A DNA stretch of 64,000 nucleotides, taken from Phaeosaccion multiseriatum (taxonomy: Eukaryota; Protista; Ochrophyta, other classes). The notes under the pieces were generated by a model. That model had not been told where the DNA came from. It ran no database searches and saw only the letters and a program-made list of their open reading frames with translations. The position numbers and the translations under genes were made by a program. Shown here piece by piece: positions 27,301 through 37,221 of the stretch (within the stretch, counting starts at the first letter, position 1; every line of letters begins with the position of its first letter). Location: positions 620,001 through 684,000 of the forward strand of contig OZ218953.1 of assembly GCA_965112735.1 (NCBI GenBank), given 5' to 3'.

Positions 27301-30300
27301 CTCCTTCGCGATGATGTTATTGTTGGCAAACATCGGCCTCTCCACCCGACCGGCAGCTATGTGGAGGTGGGAGTGAGGGCTGTTGGCCTTAACTTCCGAG
27401 ACGTGCTGAATGTGCTGGACATGTACCCTGGCGATCCTGGAGATCCTTGCTCCGAGTTCGCCGGGCAGGTGATCAGTGTGGGAGGAAGCTCGCGCTTCCG
27501 TGTCGGTGACGCTGTGTTTGGCTTTGCGGACGGCGGATGTTTGCGCAGTCATATGACGACGAGTGATGTGTGTCTGGCCGCGATGCCGGCCGTGCTGAGC
27601 TTCGAGCAGGCCGCTGCACTTCCCACCGTGTTCCTCACCGTGATGAAGGCTCTTGACGGCCTCAAGGCTGGAGAGAAGGTACTGATTCACGCCGCGTCCG
27701 GTGGTGTGGGCCTTGCCGCCGTGCAGTATGCTCAGCGGGTCGGTGCAGAGGTGTACGCTACTGCCGGTGCTGCTGTGAAGCATGACTTCCTCCGGAGCTT
27801 GGGAGTGGAGCACATTACGTCATCGCGAGACGCAGAGGCGTTCAAGCAGTCCATGGGTGAGGTGAAGGTCGATGTGGTGCTCAACTCTCTGAGCGAGGAT
27901 TACATTCCCTTCTCATTGGACATGCTAAGCGAGGGCGGTATATTCGTCGAGCTTGGCAAGCGAGGCGTGTGGAGTCACGAGCAGATGCGCTCCGCCCGGC
28001 CCGGTGTGAGGTATGAGCTACTGGCACTGGATAGCACGGTTGAGTCTGACTTCGTAGCTTGTGAGCCGGGCTGGATCAGTGGCGGGCTGCAGCGTCTTGC
28101 TGATGACTGCATGTTTGGCAATGTGAAGCCATTACCGACCATACCCTTTGACATGAGGGGAGATACTCAGAAGGCCATGGTATACATGAGCAAAGCGAAG
28201 CACATTGGCAAGGTGGTGCTGACCAACCCCTCGTACGGTGTGCCAGTGGCGTCTGATGGCACGTACGTCATCAGCGGCGGTCTCGGCGCTCTCGGCCTCG
28301 TGACGGCCCAGCACCTCGCGTCGAGGGGCGCTCGTCACCTTGTGCTGCTGTCGAGGAGTGGGAAGGCCGCCGAGAGCATGACAGAACAGTGGCAGCAGCT
28401 TCAGAAGATATTGGACTTAAGTATCCACACTCCTACTTGTGATGTTGCTGACGCCGAAGCGCTTCGGGCTTGCCTCGGGGCCGTTTTGCCTCATCTTCCC
28501 CCCGTGCGTGGTGTGGTGCATGCTGCCGGAGTGTTGGACGACAAGCTGCTGGGAGAGCAGACGGCGGAGAGCGTGATGAAGGTATTCCGACCCAAGGCAC
28601 AGGGGGCGGTCAACCTGCATGAGCTTGCTTTGGCTTGGGCGAGGGAGGAGGAGCGCGCTTCCAGTCTTGATTTCTTTGTGTGCTTCACATCCATGGCCGG
28701 TGTGTTAGGCAATGCTGGACAGGCCAACTACGCTGCAGCGAATGCGGCGGTGGACGGGCTGATGCGGCACAGGCGACGCCTCGGGCTGGTAGGGACGTCA
28801 TTGCAGTGGGGCCCGTGGGCTGATGTGGGTATGGCTGCCCAGCTCGACATCGTTCAAAAACAGTTGGAGCTTGCGGGTGTGGGCATGGTGTCAACTGAGC
28901 TGGGCATGTCAGCCTTCGATGCCGTGACAATGCCGTCAGCGTCTTTGGGCGATGTGGCCGTCCTGCCTGGCATGGACTGGGGCAAGTTTGCCGACAGCCT
29001 GGGTGCGTCCCACTGTCCGTCTCTACTGTCAGGGCTTGTCTCAGCAGCCGCAGCAGCGGCAGCAGGCGCGTCGGACAACACCGCACTCAGCAATGAAGTG
29101 CGCGAGGAGCTGTTGGGGCTGTCCGCTGGAGACAGAAAACGCGTGGTGAGCCTTGCGGTGATGGAGATCGCAAAGGAATGCATCGGCGAGGGTGCCGAAG
29201 AGCTGAACGACACCACCCCGCTGATGGAGGCGGGCCTTGACTCTTTGGCAACGGTGGAGATGCGTACTCGGCTGCAGTCTCGCTTTGGAGTGGATGTGAC
29301 CAGCGACGTGCTCTTCTCGTATCCAACGGTGGCAACATTGGCGGCATGGGTCGAAGATGAAGTGCTGTCTCACGGAGTTGCTGGGCATGATGGCAACAGA
29401 GAAGGGGCACCGCAGCAGTCAGTCCATGCGGGGCTCGAAGAGGAGCAGTCTCTCCACCAAACGCGAGGAGCTCACACGGCAGAGAGCCAACGGCGCCGTC
29501 GTGGGCTGGCGGTGGTGGGCATGGCTTGTCGCTTCCCGGGGGGGGCAGACGACCCGGCCGCGTTCTGGGGGAATATCGTTGATAGAGTGGACTGTGCCTC
29601 TCGGCTCCCCTTCCAGGGGTGGGGCGAGGAGACCTCCGGGCTGCACGGGGGCTTATTGGACGACGTGGAAAGTTTCGACAATGTACTCTTTGGCATTTCC
29701 TCCGGCGAGGCCAGCAGCATGGACCCGAATCAGCGTTTGATGCTCCAAGTAGCGTACGAAGCACTTGCAGAGGCGGGCTTTGCAGGCTTTGCGCGAGGGG
29801 ACGCCGAGAGGGAGAAGTATGACGGCAAAAGACAGGACAAGTATGCCATGAAGGGTTCAGACACGGGCGTATTCATCGGTGTATCCGGCAGTGACTGGGC
29901 GACCGTACAGACGGACAGTGCACAGAAGCCCGATGCCTACACCCTCGGGGGAACGAGTGCCTCTCTGGTGGCCGGACGCATCAGCAATCGGCTTGGACTC
30001 GTGGGGCCAAGCTTGACGCTGGACACTGCGTGCTCGAGCTCACTTGTTGCGCTGGAGGCCGCGTGCGACAAGCTCAGACTGGGCAAGTGCAAGACAGCCG
30101 TGGTGGGGGGGGTGAACTTACTTCTTCACCCCCAAGGCTTTGTTACCCTCCGGAAGGCCGGTCTGCTCTCTAAGAAAGGGTAAGTACAGCGGAGAGCTGA
30201 AGCTTTGTGGCGCATATGATTGATTCCTTGGTTGCGTCGCCCAGCTTTGTGGCGCATATGATTGATTCCTTGGTTGCGTCGCCGCCTTCGACGGTCTGTC

Positions 30301-33300
30301 TAATTGCTTCCTTTTGTCTTTCCCCCATCAATTCCTATCCATCTCAGACGCACGGCCTCGTTTGCTGCCGGAGCCGATGGTTATGTCCGAGCGGAAGGCT
30401 GCGGCGCTCTCGTTTTGAAGCGTCTCTCGGACGCGGAAGCGGACCATGACAACATCCTGGCAGTCATTGAAGGATGCGCAGTCAACCACAACGGGCAAAG
30501 CGCTCAGATGACGGCCCCCAATGGCGTGGCACAGCGAGAGGTGATGAGGAGGGCATTGAGAGACGCAAATCGCCTCGCCTGTGAAGTGGGATACGTGGAG
30601 GCGCACGGAACAGGCACGTTGCTGGGCGACAGCATTGAGATGGGCGCTCTGCACGGGGTCTACGCTGAGGAGGACCAACGCGATAATGGGGAGCGGATAT
30701 ATCCACTCTGCGTGGGTGCGGTGAAGACCAGCGTGGGGCATATGGAGGGTGCGTCGGGACTGGGGCAGCTCATTAAGGCAATTTTGGTACTTCAGCACCA
30801 GCAGACACCGCCAAATCTGCATGGAGAGCACTTGTCCCCAGAGCTCGGCTACATTGAGCAGTCGCGCATTGCCCTCTGCTCGCAGCTCACTACTTTCAAG
30901 ACTCCTGTGGACTGGAAGGGCAGCAGCAGCAGCAGCGAGGATGGAGGTGGAGCGCGAGCTCGGGCAGGCACGCTCATCGCAGCGGTGCACTCCTATGGCG
31001 TGGGCGGAACGAATGCTCACATTATCTTGAGTAATTGGGGAGCATTGGCAATGGCGACAACGGGGGGAAGTGCAGGTGAAGGCAGAACTGGAGGGAAGAA
31101 GACAACTGCAAGGCCGCCGTTGGTATTCATGTGCTCTGCTCGCTATCAGCCGAGGGACTCTCCGCACAGGGGTCGAATGGTGATCGAGAGCGAAGAAGAC
31201 ATGCATGAGAAGGCGGTGGATGCCTGCCTGGAGATTGCAGGTATTTTCCAGATGGAGAGGCAGCAGCAGCAGCAGATGAGAGAAGGGAGGGCTGTCTCTC
31301 CTCTGGAGGAGGCGGACCTCGAGGCCCAGCTCCAAGCTGTTGGCATGGATACGAGTATCAGCAGGACTACCTCCTTCCTGGAGCTGGGTATGGACTCTCT
31401 GGCCTTGGTGCAGCTGGTCAACACGCTCCAGGACCAGTTTGAGCTGCAGGAGGAGCTGCCGCTGGCGGAGGTGCTTCAGAACCCCACCGCAGAGGGCCTC
31501 GCCACACTGGTGGTGGAGCAGCGGCATCGAGACCTCATTCCCGGAGGAGGAAAGGGAAAGCAGAGCCATGGCGAAGGGGCGGCTGCTCACGAGGGCGTGA
31601 TAGAGGAGAAGGAGCCGCTGCTGTGCGCAAAGATGATGTCCTCTGTGGGCTTCAAGGTGACGCAAGTGGTTCTCATTGCAGTGCTCTTGGCGCAGGTCTT
31701 CGCCTGCATGATTCCAGCTTACCGCTACCTCCGCTGGCTCGAGGCGGACCCTGACATCGAGACTTCGGTGTGGGTGGGGAAGGACTTGAGTCATCTCGCC
31801 AATCCAGAGTCCTCTTACGCCTCTCCAGGGGGGGTTGTGGGTTGGGGCCCTCTGGTCTCCTTCAGCATCATCCTGTGGTTCCTGACGTACTCCGCTTCCA
31901 TCGTGTGCGTCAAGTGGCTTGTCATGGGGAAGTACTTTGAGGCAACCGTTCCGATTCACGCGTCGTACTATCACCGCTGGTGGTATGTGAATGCGTGTAT
32001 CAATGTGTGGGAAGTGGGTGGCGGCTTTCTTACCCTCGGCACACCCGGCATAACTATGTTCTACAAGCTGCTGGGTGCCGACGTCTCCTGGCGCTGCTCC
32101 ATCTCCACCTTTCTCCGAGAGTTTGACCTCATCACGATTGGGGCCGGCGCTTCGGTGACTGGCTCGCTGTGTCCTCGCTCCTTCACGCCGTCAAGCATGG
32201 TCTTTCGCAGCATTGTTGTGGGCGCGGGCGCAGAGGTGGAGGCGGGGGTTGTGGTGTACGGCGGTGTGAAGGTGGGCGAGGGCACACGGATCGCTCGCCT
32301 GTCCGTTGTATACCCCCTGACGCGCATTCCTTCTGGTGATGGCGTGTGGGAGGGCAACCCGGCGCAGAGGAAACAGAGCTGCCGCAGCGCCGAGGAGGAG
32401 GATGAACGAGCTGTGATGACCGACACAGAGAGAGACTTTGCGAAGGGCAGTGGCGGATGGGCGAAGGAAGCCCTCCAACTCCTGCAAGGCGTGGCGCGTA
32501 TGGTGCTGATTATGGCTTCTGTCATGCTCGCGGCCTTCTTTAGCTGGATGCCCGCCGTTGCGTACACCTTCATCGGTGTGTCAAGAGACTTTCGATACGC
32601 AGGAGTCATGAGCACGGTGTTTGGAGTGTATGGGGCTCTCCTGACTCTTGCCCTGTACCTGGTCCTGCTCAAGTGGGTCATTGCGCCGAGCTGCCTCCTT
32701 CGACCCGGCGTGTACACCGACAACTTTGGAAGGGCGCTTCGTCGATGGTACCTCGGCAAGCTTCACAGCCAGGTGTCGGGCTACGTGCTCGTGTTCGCCC
32801 GCTGGCGCCTGTTCGACTGGTGGGGCAAGGCTCTGGGTGTGCGCCTGGGAAGGGGGGCTATCAACTCGAGTGATGGCGCGTACAATCCCGAGACGGCCCA
32901 CCTCATTACGCTTGGTAAGAAGGGAGGACAGGTCTAGCGGAGTGTATGTGGGAGGAGGGGGGATGCTTGGTACCAGCCGCGTTTTGCCACCATGGCTATT
33001 CGCCATGCTATGCGTTGCTTAGAGCGAAGGGCCTTTTTTCTCTCATCCCTTGTCTCTACTGAATGGTCTTTTACCACATACCCCAATAAATCCACAGGAG
33101 ATGATGCTTTTGCTTCGTATGCCGCATTCACTACCGATGAACCGCTGAGGAGGGGCAGTGCCAACATTGGTAGTGCCACTGCAGGCAGCGCCGGGGGGGC
33201 AACACGTGTGCGAGGGACCTGCACCGTTGGGGACGGAGCGCTCCTCGGGTACATGTGCGTCATGGGGCCTGGTGCTGCCATTCCGGCACAGCAAGGCGTT

Positions 33301-34218
33301 GAAATGTTCACGGCTGTAGCAGCTGGGGACACAGTCGTGTCGACATCGTGGGGGCAGGGCGCAGTAGTGGGGGGAGGGAGGGAGGATGCGGCCTCATCTG
33401 CAGCGCTCTCGGGACCCGGCGCACTCACAAACGGAGACATCGAGCGTTGGGCCGCCTTTGTCGCCAGAGAGACATGGGGCACGCTGCTGTGGCTGGCGAC
33501 CCATGTTGGGAGTCTGGTGGTGGTGGTGGAGGTGGGGAGGCACCTAAACCAAAGCGTGGGGAAGAAGCGCGGCATGAGCTTCGAGGCCATGCTGCCCCTG
33601 TACGGGGCCGTGTGCGGGTGTGCAGGAGCCCTTGCCCTCACTCTTCTCTTGGTGGCTTCCAAGTGGCTGCTCGTCGGCGACTTCAGCCGTGGTGCGGACC
33701 CTATCACGGGAGCGTGCATGTCCTCACAGAATATTTCTCGGAGCGCGCGGACGCAGTACTTCCGCCTTCTGACCAGGATGCGTCTCTTCTTTCTGCTTTA
33801 CATTCTGACGCCTTTATTCAGCGGTACATGGCTGTACAATCTGTACGTTCGAGCGTCGTGTGCGCGGCCCAAGGATATCTCGCTCGAGGCATTGGTGTTG
33901 GGGGCAGATGTGCATGACTTTGACTTTCTCACCTTGGAGGCGGGTGCCATACTTGACATGGGTAGTATAGTCTGGGGTCACGTGCTTCGCCCAGGAGCTG
34001 CTGGTGCTGACAGTACTACCGGGCTGCTGATCATGTCCCCCTGTAGAGTGAAGGCAGGGGCAGTCCTTCACCCCTACGCCTGTGTCACCCACGGCACCGT
34101 CGGCAGTCGGGCCGAGCTCTTCGCCTACAGTCCGCCGCTCATGGGGCAGGGGCTGCGCGATGGAGGCAAGTACGGTGGCCGCGGAGTGCCAGGATTGCTC
34201 AAGAGCAAGCTATCGTGA
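15904..34218 (+). CDS. Gene A: FAAL(a)-ACP-KS(x)-ACP-KS-AT-DH-ER-KR-ACP-KS-ACP-Pls/PosA-like membrane terminal domain (type T1); type I PKS hybrid, about 4915 aa
   Basis: Twelve phase-consistent GT-AG exons: 15904-16086, 16313-16981, 17221-17537, 17695-17738, 17881-18635, 18819-19431, 19569-20055, 20300-20595, 21995-23441, 23931-30179, 30348-32914, 33098-34218 (14748 nt). FAAL motifs LAFLQYTSGSTGDPKG, WLPQYHDMGL, YGLAE, YLRTGD, PKTTSGK. KS motifs DAACSS/DTACSS, HATGT/HGTGT, GHMEG/GHLEG. AT GHSLG and HAFH. DH HAVNNVVIIPG and HPAVLD. ER GLNFRD and HAASGGVG. KR GGLGALG, LDD, YAAAN. ACPs GMTS, GLDS, GLDS, GMDS. Confidence 0.9.
20735..21985. repeat. (TTCC)n/(CCCT)n/(TTTC)n polypyrimidine tract filling a 1.4-kb intron of gene A
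   Basis: Intron 20596-21994 is almost purely C/T. Confidence 0.95.
23445..23765. repeat. (GTGA)n plus (GGAA)n polypurine tract, intronic in gene A
   Basis: Directly visible inside intron 23442-23930. Confidence 0.9.
30201..30283. repeat. 42-bp tandem duplication in a gene A intron
   Basis: agctttgtggcgcatatgattgattccttggttgcgtcgcc occurs at 30201 and 30243. Confidence 0.9.
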
Positions 34219-37200
34219 GACTGCTGGAGCGAGGACTCGACTATTGTATCGCTCAGAGTGCAAGCCGCTCTGTTGTATGTAGCACAGCTCTTAGTTCAAG
34301 GTTTGCAAGGGAGGGGCCTTCCATATCATGGAAATAGTGAAGAGACTCGATCGGAGGAAGAGAGGGAGGGAAGGAAGTAAAGCAGTGTATTATGTACTTA
34401 ATAGCCCGTAGAGGAGCGTCGGGTGTCTCTCCAGACAACACATCAGTCATCAAGACGCAAATGTCGCGAGGCATCTCCCCCTAACAACAAGAGACAGACA
34501 AATACCCACAGGCTCTTGAGAATACTTTACTCTTTCTACTACGCCTCGACTGTCAGTAAACGCCCTCATCTGTGTGAGTACACAAGGCCTTCATCTCTCT
34601 CTCTCTCTCCCTGGGCTGTGCACAAGGAGGTGCCGCAAAGAGTCACCGTGTGTCGTTGATGGTTGTGCTGCAGCACGCACGGCACTCAGAGGAGTCCTGC
34701 TCGCTGTAGCAGGGGGCACACGCCTCCTTCGCCTGAAACCTTCTCCCAGTCAGCACAACTCTGCTCTTCCTCTCAGACCACGCGGGCGCTGCTTCGCGCT
34801 CCCAGTGTCAGCTCGTACCCCTTCGCTCCCATCTTGCTCACATCCAGTGTCGCGCCCTCACCCAGCACGAAGCCGGGAAGGGTCAGCGAGCGAGCGTTCA
34901 GCCTCGCCCCCTTGCCGACGCGCACGCTCTCAACATACATTACCCCACCGTGCTCCAGAATGTGGCACTGGGGCATGGCGTGCCTCTCCACCACAACGTC
35001 ATCCTCCAGGGTGAGCAGGTCGGGGTCTGGAACGAAACGGCAGTCAATGTGCACATTCGATCCGGCTCTCAGTCCCAGCAGGCGCAGATACCACGGAAGG
35101 AGGGGTGAGCCCGCGAGCAGCTCGACGACAGTTCCCATGGCGAGAGTCTGGCAGGCTGTGGCAGAGGTCCAGCGAACGTACTCCAAAGACGATCGTGTAA
35201 AGGAGTGCGCCTTCCTCCGGGTGGGCATCACGGCCCACTTCAGTGCAGCAGAAGTCACCGCCACCAGCGCGAGGAACAAGAGCAACCACAGCGGTAGCGT
35301 CACGAGGATGCTCTTGTCACCCAGCTGCAGCACGACTTTACTGATGGCGAGACTCACTAACGCTGCCAACGTGTACAGATGGAGAGCAAGTACACACGGC
35401 TGCAGCACCGGCATGAGCAGCATGGCGAATACCTGCAATGCACTGAGCTTCTCCGTCGACGCGCTGCCGGTTGCAATTTGCAGCAAAGGGCTGCCTCCAA
35501 TCTGCCCCACCGCCGTACTGGCCAGACTCGTTTGCAGCCTGCGGTCGCTCATGCTTCGTCGGGGTTCGTCCACTCTGACGGGTTGCCCGCCAGGAGCATT
35601 CACCCTGGAAATGATATCCACGGGAGGGGGCAGGGAAGACACCCCTCCCTGTCCTCCGAGGCAGGTGGACCGTGCTTGGAGCTCGTCGCTCTCTCGCACA
35701 ACACTCAAAGCTCCAACCTCACAGTCCGCTGGAATGCTCGCGCCGGGCAGCGCCACGCAGAAGGCTCCGAGTAGCGCGTTGTCACCGATTCGCACTGTGC
35801 CCGTTACGTAGCGTTGCCTGCCTTTCGCGTCGACCTTAAACATGCCCGTGATGGGGGCGGACGGAATGCCTAGATGAGACTGCGTCCCGACGGAGAGCAA
35901 CTCCGGCTCGTACGGGTACTCTGCGAAACTCGTCACACCCAGGCCAAAGCGAGCCCCCATGCTGGCCAGCCAAGCGTTCTCTGCCTGTGTCGCTACTGTG
36001 AAGGGCATCACCGTGCGAGACGTAAATGCCATCAGGTCGGCCACCAAAGCCCTACGAAGAGCCTCGAATGAGGAGACTGGCGTCGTTCGGGGCTTGCGCG
36101 GTAGCAACATGGCCCACTTGATGAGAGCCACAATGGTGCACATTGCAGCTGTGTACACCACCCACGTCAGTGCTCCAGGCCACAGCGCCCCAAACAAGTA
36201 GTGTTGCTTCAGCACCCGCATCAGGACGAGGTTCACAAGGCCCCGGTTGATGCCCGGGAAGACGGCGAAGAAGGGGATAGACAGCGGGCCCGCCAGATTC
36301 CATGCCATCAACAGAGCGAGTGTCGCTGAAGAGCCTTCTAGACCAGATGCGAAACCCAGTGCTCTCGTTTCGTCTGTGGGGTAGATGCCGCCAACGCTCA
36401 GAAGCTTGAAGAGGGCCCTCGAGGCAATGAAGGTCCCCACTGCCACCACAAGCACCACGAAGTACAGCCTCAGGACAGTCCATAGGATGTCCTCCACCGC
36501 AGATGAAGTACGTGCCGACAGTGACGCTTCATTCACACCCATTCCGCCCTTCGGGCGGCCCCGTACTTCTGCGAGCGCTCCCGCTGCGTGCTCGCTTGGT
36601 AACCTTCCTCCCTGATTCACTACCACCCACGGCTCCACACTGCAGCGGGCATCGACAGAAGCTGTGCCAAAGGAGACGTCTCTGATGCCCACAATGTGCG
36701 TTCTGAAGATCACTCCCTTGTTCACCACAGAGTTGTCGCCGATTACTACCCACTCTGGGTCGTACAGCTCCGTGGTGTCCAAAATCACGTTGCAACCAAT
36801 CGTGGCTCCCAGGGCCCGGTAGTACAACACCAGCAGAGGGGAGCGACGCAGGAGGAAGCTGTGGTTACTGGCAGTCCAGCCCATGAGCCGCTGCATCGTC
36901 CACCAAGCGATGAACTGAGCAGAGCGCCTCTGAATCTTATCCGCTGTACATCCAGCCCTCACTGGTGGCACAAGGAGGCGCTTCGAGAGGATGACAACTG
37001 CCATCTGGAGGAGGAGGTAGGTGAGCCATCCAGCCGGTACTACGACCCCTCCAGCGAATAGCAGCGACCGGTCCTGTGCGTACTTGAACACACATCTGAC
37101 GAAGCCGTACATGGGTAGGAGGATTGCCCAGGACAGGTAGGCGAAAGCACATACCCACAGCAGCGCCAGGAGCCACTGGGGAGTGTCTTGGACTCGATCC

Positions 37201-37221
37201 TTGGCCGAACCTTCCGTCGCC
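31369..37221 (+). repeat. Direct segmental duplication, copy 1 (~5.85 kb: ACP-T1, intergenic spacer, T2)
   Basis: Near-identical to 48848-54691 (offset about 17.47 kb). Many six-frame ORF translations of the two copies are identical, e.g. 34663..35811 and 52133..53281. Confidence 0.95.

Noticed and set aside
34663-35811. 382-aa plus-strand ORF (and its copy at 52133..53281)
   Set aside because: Antisense shadow of the T2 domain in GC-rich coding DNA.
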